From Candidatus Micrarchaeota archaeon (GTDB taxonomy: Archaea; Micrarchaeota; Micrarchaeia; Micrarchaeales; CABMGC01): a DNA stretch of 43,901 bases. How positions within the stretch are numbered: the first letter of the stretch is position 1; each line of letters starts with the position of its first letter. Below the pieces are notes generated by a model. It was not told the origin of the DNA. It made no database searches and saw nothing but the letters and a program-made list of their open reading frames with translations. Position numbers and translations under genes: made by a program. Location of the stretch: the NCBI GenBank assembly GCA_030040265.1, contig JASHUB010000069.1, forward strand, positions 1 through 43,901, read 5' to 3'. Positions 1 through 9,806 of this stretch are shown here, one piece after another.

Positions 1-1777
1 CGTTTCGAGGCAGAGGTACTGGGGCATACCCATGCCGATATGGGAGTGCAAGTCGTGCAAGCGCACCACCACTGTCGGCTCGCTCGAGGAGCTCCGCGAG
101 AAGGCGATAAACAAGAACGACGTCGACTCGCTGCAGGACCTCCACAGGCCTTATATAGACATAATCAGGTTGAAGTGCTCGGAGTGCGGCGCGGACATGC
201 AGCGCCTGAAGGACGTGATAGACGTCTGGGTCGACTCTGCGGTCGCATTCAGGGCCAGCCTCACGAAGGAGGAGTTCGACAAGTTCTTCCCGGTCGACTT
301 CATACTAGAGGGCCACGACCAGTTCCGCGGATGGTTCTCATCGCAGCTGAAGATGGGCACGCTCGCATACGGCAAGTCGCCATTCAAGCACTGCGGCGTT
401 GACGGCTTCCTGCTCGCTGAGAAGGGAGTGGAGATGCACAAGAGCCTCGGCAACTACGTGCCGATGGACGAGATACTCAGGAGCTACGTCAGCGCTGACG
501 GCTTCAGGATGTGGTGCGCGGGGCACACGCCGTGGCTCGACCTGCTGTTCAACAAGGCGGAGATGAAGGAGGGCGAGAAGGCGGTGCTGACCATGTACAA
601 CATATCCAACCTGCTCGCCGAATACACAGACGCGATAGACTACTCGCCGAAGAAGGTCAAAAAGCCGAGGGCTCTTGGGAAGATGGCGCTCGAGGACGCA
701 TGGATAGTCTCCAGGCTCAACGGGCTGATAAAGACAGCGACCGACGGCTTCGAGAACTACGAGATGTACAAGTCGGTGAACGCGATACACGACTTCGTGC
801 TCAACGACCTGAGCCGGTTCTACCTCAAGCTCGCGAAGAAGAAGATACTTTATTCGGGCAAGAAGGAGGCTAGGGGCACGGTCGACATACTGTACTACGT
901 GCTATACAACCTGCTCATACTTTCGTCGCCGGTCACGCCGTTCCTATCGGAGCGCATATACCTCGACAGGTTCGGCGCACTCGAGAGCGTCTCGTTCGAG
1001 AAGTGGCCTAAGGCGGATGCGAAGCTGATGAGCGATTCTATAGAAGCGGAATTCGAGGCGGCTGACAGCGCGATAACCGCGATACTCAACAGCAGGGAGA
1101 AGGAGGAGCTGAAGCTCAGGTGGCCGCTCGCCAGGGCGACGGTCGAGGTCAACTCCGACTCGAGCTCAAATGCGCTGCAGAAGCTGGCGTACGTTGTCGA
1201 GGAGTACACGAACATAAAGCACCTGGACGTGAAGAAGGTCGCCTCGTTCAACGTGGAGGTAAGGCCGAACTTCGCGAAGCTCGGCCCCGAGTTCAAGGGC
1301 AATGCTGGCGCGGTTGCCGACGCCCTGAAGAAGGCGGACGCGAAGGCGCTGCGGTCGCAGGTCGAGTCTGCGGGCCATTACGCGCTGCACACATCGAAGG
1401 GAACGTTCAACGTCAAGGCGGAGCACTTCTCCGTTGTGGAGAGCGTGAAGAACGAGGCGGCGGTGCCGTTCAAGTTCGGCGTCGCGTACGTCGACAAGGA
1501 GATAAGCAACGAGCTCCGCGAGGAGGCGATGATAAGGGAGTTCGAGAGGCGCGTGCAGATGGCAAGGAAGCACGGGCAGATGAAGAAGGTCGACACCGTT
1601 GACGTGCACTACGAGCTGCCCGCCGCGCTCGCAGCCATAGTAAAGCACAATTCCAAGAAGATAATGAAGGACGTTAACGCGAAGACCCTGAAGGAGGGGA
1701 TAGACGTCCCGTCTGAGGCGCTCCAGTTCGATGTCGAGGACGGGAAGGTAAGGCTCATCGTCAGGAAGACTCGGTGA
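1..1777 (+). CDS. ileS: Isoleucyl-tRNA synthetase, C-terminal ~590 aa (5' end lies outside the window)
   Basis: The frame is open from nt 2 (VSRQRYWGIPMPIWEC...), so the gene runs off the left edge. IleRS-type class I signatures are present: SRQRYWGIP-P-IW, EGHDQFRGWF, the KMSKS variant MHKSLGN, CxxC...CxxC zinc knuckles, and a helical anticodon-binding C-terminus. Confidence 0.8.
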   Translation, partial: VSRQRYWGIPMPIWECKSCKRTTTVGSLEELREKAINKNDVDSLQDLHRPYIDIIRLKCSECGADMQRLKDVIDVWVDSAVAFRASLTKEEFDKFFPVDFILEGHDQFRGWFSSQLKMGTLAYGKSPFKHCGVDGFLLAEKGVEMHKSLGNYVPMDEILRSYVSADGFRMWCAGHTPWLDLLFNKAEMKEGEKAVLTMYNISNLLAEYTDAIDYSPKKVKKPRALGKMALEDAWIVSRLNGLIKTATDGFENYEMYKSVNAIHDFVLNDLSRFYLKLAKKKILYSGKKEARGTVDILYYVLYNLLILSSPVTPFLSERIYLDRFGALESVSFEKWPKADAKLMSDSIEAEFEAADSAITAILNSREKEELKLRWPLARATVEVNSDSSSNALQKLAYVVEEYTNIKHLDVKKVASFNVEVRPNFAKLGPEFKGNAGAVADALKKADAKALRSQVESAGHYALHTSKGTFNVKAEHFSVVESVKNEAAVPFKFGVAYVDKEISNELREEAMIREFERRVQMARKHGQMKKVDTVDVHYELPAALAAIVKHNSKKIMKDVNAKTLKEGIDVPSEALQFDVEDGKVRLIVRKTR

Positions 1778-1781
1778 CCGC

Positions 1782-2501
1782 ATGAGGCTTGAAGGCAAGA
1801 ACGTTGTTGTTGTCGGCGTAGGAAGCGGGCTAGGGCCTGCCACTGTCTACTTCCTGCTCAGGGAAGGAGCGAATGTGATGATGGTTAGCAGGACAAGGGA
1901 CAGGCTCGAGGAGCTGAAGCGGCAATTCTCGAAGTATGGGAAGGTCGATTACACTGTTGGCGATCCGTCGACCGCGAAGGGCGCGGAAGCTGCGATGAAG
2001 GCTGTCGCGAAGAAGGTGAAGGGCATCGACGGCCTTGCGCTGCTTGCCGGGACGTATGTCGACACGCCCCTGCCCCAGATGAAAGAGTCGGACCTTGATC
2101 TCATGATCAACTCCAACATAAGGGCGCCTTTGAACGCGCTGAAGGCTGCGCTGCCGAACATGTCGAAGCAGTCGTCGGTCGTGATGGTCGCGTCGGTGCT
2201 CGGGCTGTACGGCGCTGCTGCCGGCACTGTCGCTTATTCCGCGACAAAGGCGGCGGTCGCGAAGTCGACGGAGGTGCTTGCGGCAGAGCTGGTAGGCAAA
2301 GGCATACGGGTGAACGCAGTCGCGCCGAAGAGCATGAACCACGACTTCGAACCGGAACGCGACTGGAAGAAGATGAGGAAGCTCGGCGACCAGGCGTGCC
2401 CTCCGGAGGACGTGGCGCGCGTAGTGACGTGGCTGATTACAGATGAATCGGAGTGGGTGGATGGCGTCGTCATACCGGTCCACGGCGGAGCCAGGAAGTA
2501 G
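1782..2501 (+). CDS. Short-chain dehydrogenase/reductase (SDR) family oxidoreductase
   Basis: N-terminal Rossmann motif VVVVGVGSGLG. Catalytic Y-x3-K (YSATKAAV). NAVAP motif. About 240 aa, typical of classical SDRs. Confidence 0.8.
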   Translation: MRLEGKNVVVVGVGSGLGPATVYFLLREGANVMMVSRTRDRLEELKRQFSKYGKVDYTVGDPSTAKGAEAAMKAVAKKVKGIDGLALLAGTYVDTPLPQMKESDLDLMINSNIRAPLNALKAALPNMSKQSSVVMVASVLGLYGAAAGTVAYSATKAAVAKSTEVLAAELVGKGIRVNAVAPKSMNHDFEPERDWKKMRKLGDQACPPEDVARVVTWLITDESEWVDGVVIPVHGGARK

Positions 2502-2732
2502 CTATCTCTGGTAAGGATAAGGCTCGTACTTTATCTCGCTCTTCTCGACTTTGCTCTCGCTCTTGAACTGCTTCCTTCTGGACATCTTGCCCCAGCAGTC
2601 CTTGCATATCACTATGCGGTTGATCTTGCTTACCCTGCGGGAGCTCTTCATGCAGTTGACGCATATCTTGCGCTTGCAGTAGTTGCACTGCTCGTACTTG
2701 AATATCTCGTTGCCGCATCGCTCACATATCAT
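2502..2732 (-). CDS. Small zinc-ribbon protein (four CxxC pairs), function unknown
   Basis: MICERCGN..CNYCKRKICVNC...CKDCWGK gives 4 CxxC motifs. I prefer the internal ATG at 2732 over the ORF-track start at 2753, because a TATA-like ttcataaaac (minus strand) sits about 25-35 nt upstream of 2732. Confidence 0.5.
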   Translation of the reverse strand: MICERCGNEIFKYEQCNYCKRKICVNCMKSSRRVSKINRIVICKDCWGKMSRRKQFKSESKVEKSEIKYEPYPYQR

Positions 2733-2812
2733 TGAAATCCACTGAGAATACAAGTGTTTTATGAAGGCGAAGATATAAAAAGCTGCACATCTCTATTAGC
2801 TTAAGTGTTCCG

Positions 2813-3040
2813 ATGCCTAGCGATGTCGTCATTCAGGCGGAGCTGTACGTGGCAATTGCCGTAGTGGTCCTGAGCATCGCCGCAATAGCATCTTTCATCG
2901 TTTTCAGGGGAGGCCTCGTGTTCTACGTTCTTGCGGCGGTCGCCATAATACTAGGGCTGTACATGTCTTACTTCATCTCCAAGCAGTCGAGGGAGGAGGC
3001 CCAGCCCGCAGCTAAGAGGACAAGGAAAAGGAGCAGATAG
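2813..3040 (+). CDS. Small membrane protein (two predicted TM helices, basic C-terminal tail)
   Basis: Two hydrophobic stretches (LYVAIAVVVLSIAAIASFIVF; LVFYVLAAVAIILGLYMSYFI). TATA-like atataaaa at 2773-2780 upstream of the ATG. No recognisable family. Confidence 0.45.
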   Translation: MPSDVVIQAELYVAIAVVVLSIAAIASFIVFRGGLVFYVLAAVAIILGLYMSYFISKQSREEAQPAAKRTRKRSR

Positions 3041-3048
3041 TTGGTTGA

Positions 3049-5283
3049 ATGCCCAAGCTGATCGTCGCAGAAAAGCCAAGCGTAGCCGTCAGGATAGCCA
3101 CCTCGCTGAGCGAGGCGCAGCCCAGGCGCGGCAACCTTGGCGGCGTGGGCTACTTCGAGTTCATGAAGGACGGCGACACTGTCTACGTGGTCGCGGCGGC
3201 GGGCCACCTCTTCATGCTCAGGCAGAAGAGCGGCGGGAGGGAGCTGCCTGTCTTCGACGTAGAATGGGTCGAGTCGTACAAGGAGAACAAGAACGCGGCG
3301 TTCACGAAGAAGTATCTCGACGCGATAAAGGAGGTCGGCAAGAAGTGCAACACTTTCATCAACGCCTGCGACTACGACATAGAGGGGACGGTCATAGGCA
3401 CGAACATAATCAAGGACATAGTCAACGGCACCGCGAACTCAGCACTCCAAGGCCAGAAGGTCATGAGGATGCGGTTCTCCACTACGACCCGCTCGGACCT
3501 GCTGGCGGCGTACGCCAAGCTTGACACTTTCGACAAGAACAACTTCGACGCCGGAGAGGCGAGGCACACCCTCGACTGGATGTGGGGAATAAACTTCAGC
3601 CGGGCGCTCATGCGCGCAGTCATGATCAGCGGGCAGCGCAGGATAGTCAGCATCGGCAGGGTGCAGGGCCCCACGCTTGCGATACTCGCGAAGAGGGAGA
3701 AGGAGATCAAGGAGTTCATCTCCAAGCCGTTCTGGAAGCTGTTCATCGACGCCAACGAAGTGACCTTCGAGAACGTGAAGGGCAGCATGTTCGAGAAGCC
3801 CACCGCGGAGGCCGCGCTCGAGAAGTCGAAGAAGGGCAATGTCACGGTCAAGGCCGTGGATGTGCGCGAGATAACCGTAAGCCCGTACCCGCCGTTCGAC
3901 CTCACATCGCTGCAGCTGGAGGCGAACAGGACGCTGCGCATGGACCCGTCGAAGACTCTTGCAACGGCGCAGCTGCTGTACGAGAAGGCGCTCATATCCT
4001 ACCCGAGAACGTCGTCGCAGAAGCTGCCTCCTACGCTGAACCTGCCGAAGATAATAAACGAACTTTCTAAGAACGACACTTACATGGACCTTGCCGACAG
4101 GCTGATAAAGGGTTCGCGCTTCAAGCCAGTTGAAGGGCACAAGGTGGACGAGGCCCACCCTGCCATATATCCCACTGGCGAGAGGCCAGGCACCATAACG
4201 GATGACGAGGCACGGCTCTACGACCTGATAGTCAGGAAGTTCCTATCGGTCTTCGCAGAGAACGCAGTCAAGGAGAGCACGAAGGTGACGCTCGACGCAG
4301 GCGGCGAGCTGTACACTGCCAGCGGAATGGTCATGAAGAGCCCAGGATGGACGGAGTTCTACGGACAGTACTATAGGAAGGACGAGATGGAGATGCCGAA
4401 GCTCCGGGTCGGCGAGGTGGTAGACGCGAAGAAGATCTACATGAAGGAGCTGAAGACAGAGCCGCCGAAGAGATTCACGAAGGCCAGCCTCATCGCGCTG
4501 CTCGAGAAGAAGGACCTCGGCACGAAGGCGACTAGGACGGAGGTCATAGACACGCTGTTCAGGAGGGAGTACATCAAGGACACGAGCATCGCTGTCACGG
4601 ACTTCGGCATGAGCGTGTACGACGCGCTGAGCAAGTACAGCGGAGAGATAGTGGATGAGGAGCTCACCAAGACGCTAGACACGGACATGGAGGACATCAT
4701 TGCCGGGAAGAAGACAGAGGGCGAAGTGATCGACGAGGGCAAGGGCATCATAAGGAGGATAATGACGGTGTTCAAGAAGAACGAGAAGGAGATAGGAGTC
4801 GCGCTCAACATGGGCATCAAGTCCGACGCGCAGGCGCAGGTTCTGGGCAAGTGCCTCAAGGACGGCGGCAACCTGGTGATAAAGCGCTCGAAGAAGGGCA
4901 ACCTCTTCGTCGGGTGCGCCAACTGGCCGGCGTGCAACAACGCGTATCCGTTGCCGCACAACGCCAAGATCGTGCCGACGGGCAAAGTCTGCGAGCAGTG
5001 CCACACCCCGAAGGTCAAGGTATTCAGGAAGGGCAAGCGCCCGTTCGAGATGGACCTTGACCCGAACTGTCCGACGAAGAAGGACTGGGGCAAGGCGTCC
5101 GAGGGCGAGGGCCACGTGGTGGCGGTAAAAGCCTCTGAGCTTCCGAGGCAGGCAGCGGCACCGGCTGCGCCTATCGCGGTGGCCGCGATGCCAAAGCCTA
5201 AGAAGCCGAAGGTAGTAAAGGAAACTGGCGTCGCGAAGATCAAGGCGAAGAGGAAGGCGCCGGCGAAGAAAAAGAAGGAGTGA
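3049..5283 (+). CDS. topA: DNA topoisomerase I / type IA topoisomerase
   Basis: N-terminal TOPRIM (KLIVAEKPSVA, DYDIEG). Type IA core with ISYPRTSSQ active-site Tyr region. Two C-terminal Cys4 zinc ribbons. Lys-rich tail. Confidence 0.9.
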   Translation: MPKLIVAEKPSVAVRIATSLSEAQPRRGNLGGVGYFEFMKDGDTVYVVAAAGHLFMLRQKSGGRELPVFDVEWVESYKENKNAAFTKKYLDAIKEVGKKCNTFINACDYDIEGTVIGTNIIKDIVNGTANSALQGQKVMRMRFSTTTRSDLLAAYAKLDTFDKNNFDAGEARHTLDWMWGINFSRALMRAVMISGQRRIVSIGRVQGPTLAILAKREKEIKEFISKPFWKLFIDANEVTFENVKGSMFEKPTAEAALEKSKKGNVTVKAVDVREITVSPYPPFDLTSLQLEANRTLRMDPSKTLATAQLLYEKALISYPRTSSQKLPPTLNLPKIINELSKNDTYMDLADRLIKGSRFKPVEGHKVDEAHPAIYPTGERPGTITDDEARLYDLIVRKFLSVFAENAVKESTKVTLDAGGELYTASGMVMKSPGWTEFYGQYYRKDEMEMPKLRVGEVVDAKKIYMKELKTEPPKRFTKASLIALLEKKDLGTKATRTEVIDTLFRREYIKDTSIAVTDFGMSVYDALSKYSGEIVDEELTKTLDTDMEDIIAGKKTEGEVIDEGKGIIRRIMTVFKKNEKEIGVALNMGIKSDAQAQVLGKCLKDGGNLVIKRSKKGNLFVGCANWPACNNAYPLPHNAKIVPTGKVCEQCHTPKVKVFRKGKRPFEMDLDPNCPTKKDWGKASEGEGHVVAVKASELPRQAAAPAAPIAVAAMPKPKKPKVVKETGVAKIKAKRKAPAKKKKE

Positions 5284-5855
5284 TCATGGACGTTTATCCA
5301 AGCATGTACAGGAAGATGAAGCGCGGGCCGCAGGTCGTGCTCCCGAAGGACATAGGGCTCATCATGGCGTATGCGGGGATAAGCAAGGACAGCGTCTGCG
5401 TCGATGCGGGCACCGGGAGCGGCTGGCTCGCGCTGAGCCTCGCGAGAGTCACCAAGCACGTGTACAGCTACGACGTCAGGAAGGAGTTCATACAGATCGC
5501 GGAGGACAACAGGGAGCTGCTCGGCATCGACAACATCACGTTCAAGAACAAGGATGTCACGAAGAAGATAGATGAGACAGACGTGGACCTGGTCACTTTC
5601 GATTTCCAGAACAGCGACAAGGGCCTTGGCAACGCGAAGAAGGCGCTGAAGAAGGGAGGCGTGGTCATGGGTTACCTTCCGAACACGGAGCAGGTCCGTG
5701 TCTTCGTCAAGCAGCTCAACAAGCTCAAGTTCGCAGACGTGCACGCCGTTGAGATGATACTAAGGGACCTTCTCGTAAGGGAGGAGGGGGTTAGGCCGAG
5801 CACGAAGGGAGTCTGGCACACCGGATACCTAGTATTTGCCAGAAAGGGGGCCTGA
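5280..5855 (+). CDS. trmI: tRNA (adenine-N1)-methyltransferase, TrmI/Gcd14 family (catalytic domain only)
   Basis: PQVVLPKDIGLIMAYAGI...VDAGTGSGWLALSLA SAM motif. C-terminal RPSTKGVWHTGYLVFARK is typical of TrmI. The GTG at 5280 overlaps the topA stop; an ATG at 5286 is an alternative start. Confidence 0.75.
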   Translation: MIMDVYPSMYRKMKRGPQVVLPKDIGLIMAYAGISKDSVCVDAGTGSGWLALSLARVTKHVYSYDVRKEFIQIAEDNRELLGIDNITFKNKDVTKKIDETDVDLVTFDFQNSDKGLGNAKKALKKGGVVMGYLPNTEQVRVFVKQLNKLKFADVHAVEMILRDLLVREEGVRPSTKGVWHTGYLVFARKGA

Positions 5856-6419
5856 CAGCAGCAGCTGTTCTATTTCGTTCCAGTTCTTTGCAGTGTGCAC
5901 GCCGAATGCAGCTGCAGAGCGGAGATGCTTCGCGTTCCATGGCTGCAGGAACATGATAGCGCCCTTGCCGTGCACCCTCGCATCCTTGAGGACGTCGAAG
6001 AAGTCGTCGATGTGGATGTCGGTGTCGGGCTGCATCTTGCTCCCGAGCCTAGGCACGATGACTATCTTGTCGTGGGGGATGCCCTTGCCGTTAAGCCACT
6101 TCTCGGCGCTCTCCTTCCCGCCGACAGTCGCTGTGATTATGCTTATCGAGTACCTGTCCTTCAGCCTGTTCAATACGGATGGCGCTTCGTTGTCCACGAG
6201 CCGTATGCTTTCATGGGCGTCCCAGAGGCGCTTGAACATGTCAAGATATTCACTCTCTCCTATGTGCTTGAACGCATCGTGGTCAAGAAGGTGACCCCGT
6301 ATCTCCTCCTTCTGGACCGCCGCCCCGTGCTCGCTTTTTGCTATCTCAAGCCAGCGCTCGACCGAATCGGATAGCACGCCCTCGAGGTCTATCCCCAGTG
6401 TAGGCTTGTTGCCGTTCAT
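5829..6419 (-). CDS. HAD-superfamily hydrolase, 5'(3')-deoxyribonucleotidase-like
   Basis: The N-terminal LGIDLEGVLSD resembles the NT5C/HAD motif I (DxDGVL), but with Glu at the +2 position. Motif-IV-like IHIDD near the C-terminus. The 3' end overlaps trmI convergently by 27 nt. Confidence 0.5.
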   Translation of the reverse strand: MNGNKPTLGIDLEGVLSDSVERWLEIAKSEHGAAVQKEEIRGHLLDHDAFKHIGESEYLDMFKRLWDAHESIRLVDNEAPSVLNRLKDRYSISIITATVGGKESAEKWLNGKGIPHDKIVIVPRLGSKMQPDTDIHIDDFFDVLKDARVHGKGAIMFLQPWNAKHLRSAAAFGVHTAKNWNEIEQLLLSGPLSGKY

Positions 6420-7381
6420 TTCTCCTTGCTGAGAAGCGCGAACCTCGCGAGCATCGCCTCGAGCTGGATCCTGTCATTCGCCCCCTCTACGATCCTGAAG
6501 TTGTAGTCGCCGATGAGGCTTATGAGCCGGAGCTTGAGCTTGTCCTCGAGCTCCATGTTGAGCGCCTCGCGGTAGCACTGCAGCAGCACGTCTTCCCCGC
6601 TCATCCCGTACTTCAGCGTCAGCGTGTTGAGGTCGTCCCTTGCAGGCACGAACTCCCCGTTTAGCGCGTGCTTGAGCATCGACGCCACTTCCGTGGGACG
6701 CGCCCTTGACGCGATATCGTAGATCAGGTTCTCGGTGATCTTCTTCTCCGAGACGCCGGCGCTCTGCATTATGTTCGTGAGTTTCCTGAGGTCGCCTTCG
6801 CTAACGTATATGAGCGCGTTCTTCGATTTCTCGTCGACCTTGAGGCTCTCTGCCTCCGCGACCCTGTCGATGTACTTCAGCATGTGCTGCTCGGTCAGCG
6901 GCTTGAACCTCAGCACCACGCACCTCGACTGGATGGGCTCTATTATCTTGCTTGCGTAGTTTGCGCTGAGTATGAATCTTGTGGTGGCCGAGTACTTCTC
7001 CATGGTCCTCCTGAGCGCGTGCTGCGCCTCCGGGGTGAGCGCGTCCGCCTCGTCAAGGAAGATTATCTTCAGGAGTCCGCTCGACAGCGGCAGCGTTCTT
7101 GCGAACTCTTTCACCTTGCCGCGTACTACGTCGATTCCTCTGCTATCCGATGCGTTGAGTTCGAGGAACGCCTCGTTCATCTTGTCTCCGTACATCTCGC
7201 GTGCCATGGCAATCGCAGATGTCGTCTTGCCCACTCCTGCAGAACCTGCAAATATCATGTTTGGGAAGTTCATGACCTTGACGAACGCCTTGAGCTTGTC
7301 GACTATCGCCTCCTGGCCTATGACCTCGCTGAGCTTCGCTGGGCGGTATTTCTCCGTCCACGATTGGTCAAGCGCAGGCAT
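6416..7381 (-). CDS. rfcS: Replication factor C small subunit
   Basis: WTEKYRP, Walker A GSAGVGKTT, DEAD Walker B, SRC motif. 321 aa, no intein. Confidence 0.93.
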   Translation of the reverse strand: MPALDQSWTEKYRPAKLSEVIGQEAIVDKLKAFVKVMNFPNMIFAGSAGVGKTTSAIAMAREMYGDKMNEAFLELNASDSRGIDVVRGKVKEFARTLPLSSGLLKIIFLDEADALTPEAQHALRRTMEKYSATTRFILSANYASKIIEPIQSRCVVLRFKPLTEQHMLKYIDRVAEAESLKVDEKSKNALIYVSEGDLRKLTNIMQSAGVSEKKITENLIYDIASRARPTEVASMLKHALNGEFVPARDDLNTLTLKYGMSGEDVLLQCYREALNMELEDKLKLRLISLIGDYNFRIVEGANDRIQLEAMLARFALLSKEK

Positions 7382-7460
7382 GCCATCCCCTGATAATAAG
7401 CAGATAGATTATGGTGCTAAACAATATTTAATATTATGCTTCTCTATCTAATGAGATGCC

Positions 7461-7820
7461 ATGGTCAGCGAGTACTTTATCATAGGAATCACGCTGTTGT
7501 CGGCGCTGATCGCATCGTTCGCCCAGTACCTTTTCAAGCGCGCGGTGCCCAAGTTCCACTTCAACCTTAAGGACATAGCCGGGCTGTTCAGGAACAGGCT
7601 GCTTGTCACTGCGCTTGCGATATACGTGGCGGACCTGGCAGTGTACCTGGTCGCGCTCCACTACGGGCAACTCTCGTTCGTGTACCCCGTCTTCGCCAGC
7701 TCATTCATCTTCACGCTGCTGCTGTCGAAGTTCGTGCTTAAGGAGAAGACAAGCGCGCTCCGCGTGCTTGGCATACTGATGGTGTTCGCCGGCATAGTGA
7801 TAGTGGCGTTGACGTACTAG
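7461..7820 (+). CDS. Small 4-TM membrane protein, EamA/SMR-like half transporter
   Basis: 119 aa with four hydrophobic helices. Paired with a similar adjacent gene, as in heterodimeric small DMT/ArnE-ArnF-type transporters. Confidence 0.5.
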   Translation: MVSEYFIIGITLLSALIASFAQYLFKRAVPKFHFNLKDIAGLFRNRLLVTALAIYVADLAVYLVALHYGQLSFVYPVFASSFIFTLLLSKFVLKEKTSALRVLGILMVFAGIVIVALTY

Positions 7821-7856
7821 GTGTTCGTGTTGCAAAAAGAGACAAAAGAGTTCTTC

Positions 7857-8186
7857 ATGGCGCTCCTCCTGGTCAGCACGATCCTTGGAGGCGTGGGCCA
7901 GCTGCTGCTCAAGATAGGCATATCAAACCCGACGCACCTGGCTCTCGGAACGGTTGGCCTGGTCGGCTTCATAGTGCTCGGGTTCATCGCGTACGTCGCC
8001 TCATCGGGATTTTACCTTTACGTTCTTGGTAGGATGCACCTCAGCTGGGCGTACGGATTCGGCGGCATAAGCTACATAGCCGCAACGATACTAGCGATGC
8101 TGGTCCTCTCGGAAGCGGTGAGCCCGCTACGATGGGCCGGGATCATAATCATAGCGATAGGCACCGCACTGGTAGGGCTGAGCTGA
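7857..8186 (+). CDS. Small 4-TM membrane protein, EamA/SMR-like half transporter (partner of 7461-7820)
   Basis: About 109 aa from the ATG at 7857 (the ORF track starts at GTG 7821). Four hydrophobic helices. Same architecture as the upstream gene. Confidence 0.5.
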   Translation: MALLLVSTILGGVGQLLLKIGISNPTHLALGTVGLVGFIVLGFIAYVASSGFYLYVLGRMHLSWAYGFGGISYIAATILAMLVLSEAVSPLRWAGIIIIAIGTALVGLS

Positions 8187-8190
8187 TCGG

Positions 8191-8718
8191 ATGCCAAAAA
8201 CCTCAGTGTCTATACGGAAGTGCCGCCGTTCGGACAATGCGGTGCTGGAACTGATGTTCGAGGACTTCGCTGACTTTCTGGCATCTGTTGACGACCTCGA
8301 CAGGCTTGCGAGGCGCAGCGCACTGGCGAAGGCAGGCTATGGCAGGATGTACCTCAAGATGACCCTCAAAGACGTCTCCGAGAATGGAGGGGCATTCTAC
8401 GTGGCCGAGGACGGTCGCAGGCGCATCGTCGGGTTCATCGCCCTCGCGACCAGGAAACTGTCGGAGGTTCAGAGGACCGAGTTGAAGCGGCGCCAGAAGT
8501 TCGGAGAGGTTACCGAACTGTATGTCAGGCCGGAGTACAGGGGCAAGGGGCTCGCCACTTCGCTTATGGACAAGGCAGAGCATTACCTTATGGGGAAAGG
8601 CTGCAATTGCATCACCATCAAAGTCTTTGCTCCGAACGCGATTGCGCGTGGATTCTACGAAAAATTCGGTTACAGGGAGCGCGGAATCGAGCTCATCAAG
8701 GAGTTCAAGCACGGCTAG
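8191..8718 (+). CDS. GNAT-family N-acetyltransferase
   Basis: Acetyl-CoA binding motif YRGKGLATSLM. The C-terminal ARGFYEKFGY is typical of GNAT. Confidence 0.8.
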   Translation: MPKTSVSIRKCRRSDNAVLELMFEDFADFLASVDDLDRLARRSALAKAGYGRMYLKMTLKDVSENGGAFYVAEDGRRRIVGFIALATRKLSEVQRTELKRRQKFGEVTELYVRPEYRGKGLATSLMDKAEHYLMGKGCNCITIKVFAPNAIARGFYEKFGYRERGIELIKEFKHG

Positions 8719-8723
8719 CGCCG

Positions 8724-9806
8724 CTACCTCGTTATCCGGTAGGTCTTTACCTTCTCGTAGAGTTCCCTGGCCTTCTTGTCCTTCTCGAAGTGCTCGCGGA
8801 TTGGCTTTATCTCCGCCTCCAGCGCATCGGCAACGAAGTTCTTCAGGTCCACCGGGTGGACTTTGCCATCCTTGTAGAGCCTTTCGAGGTCCGCGAGGCC
8901 TGATGCCTCTATCGGCCCGCCGAACTTAGCCGGACGGTCGATCGTTATCTGCTCGTCCTTGTCATCCAATATTATCCTGTTGAGGTAGTCGAACATCGGG
9001 TTGCCGTCCACGACCTTCTCGGGACAGTATGCGGAGTTGATCTTTGCCTTTATCTCAGCCGCGGTGTCGTGCACAAGTATGGAGGAGTTGGGGTTGGACT
9101 TGGACATCTTGAACGCCATCCCTTCTGCATCGCTCATGGTCTTCAGGTCCTTCGGCGCGCCCTGCAGGCCGAGCAGGTATCCGTGGTGGACCGCTACTGG
9201 CACCTTCCACTTGTACTTCTGCGCCACCTCCCTGGCGAGTATATTGGCCTTCCTCTGGTCCATGCCCAACTGGCATATGTCTATGTCCATCTGGAATATG
9301 TCGGTGACCTGCATGCACGGGTAGAAGAGCGATGCGGTGTCCTGCGCCTCGCCTTCCTTCCTTCCCATTATGGTGACGGCGCGCTTTACTCGGTCAAGTG
9401 TCAGAACTTTGCCGACCCGGATGAACATGTCCCAGTAATCGAGGCTGCTCATGAGGTCCTTGCACCATACGACGTTCACCTTCGACGTGTCGATGCCTGC
9501 GCCCTTCCACACTTCAACGAAGTATCTTCCGACGTCCCGTATCTTCTCCAGGTCGCCGCCCATCTTGTTGTTGATGAGTGCGAAGTAGTCCGCAAGGTAC
9601 AGGTTGAAGCGTATGCCAACGCTGAGCATCGTCTTGAGATTCTTGGCGCGCAGCACTCCGAAGTGTATCGGCGCCAGCCCAGATGGCTCGAAACCGTCGT
9701 AAGCAAGGGGGTGGTCGTTCGTCTGGAACAGCTGCCTCAGCTCGTCCTCCGTGACGATCTCTGCGGCGAAGCTCTTTATCGCTGCGATCTTGGTTTCCAC
9801 GTCCAT
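8724..9806 (-). CDS. tyrS: Tyrosyl-tRNA synthetase
   Basis: Collinear with archaeal TyrRS: YDGFEPSG..IHFG (HIGH region), LADYFALIN, YPCMQVTDI, GMDQRKANILARE, KMSKS, AYCP..VVDGNP, FGGPIE. I prefer the ATG at 9806 (MDVETK) because gctataaaaaca (minus strand, 9843-9852) lies upstream of it and downstream of the ORF-track ATG at 9866. Confidence 0.88.
   Translation of the reverse strand: MDVETKIAAIKSFAAEIVTEDELRQLFQTNDHPLAYDGFEPSGLAPIHFGVLRAKNLKTMLSVGIRFNLYLADYFALINNKMGGDLEKIRDVGRYFVEVWKGAGIDTSKVNVVWCKDLMSSLDYWDMFIRVGKVLTLDRVKRAVTIMGRKEGEAQDTASLFYPCMQVTDIFQMDIDICQLGMDQRKANILAREVAQKYKWKVPVAVHHGYLLGLQGAPKDLKTMSDAEGMAFKMSKSNPNSSILVHDTAAEIKAKINSAYCPEKVVDGNPMFDYLNRIILDDKDEQITIDRPAKFGGPIEASGLADLERLYKDGKVHPVDLKNFVADALEAEIKPIREHFEKDKKARELYEKVKTYRITR

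Noticed and set aside
4437-5744. 435-aa minus-strand ORF overlapping topA and trmI.
   Set aside because: The product is low-complexity and motif-free, and lies antisense to two genes with strong family signatures. This is a typical shadow ORF of GC-rich coding sequence.
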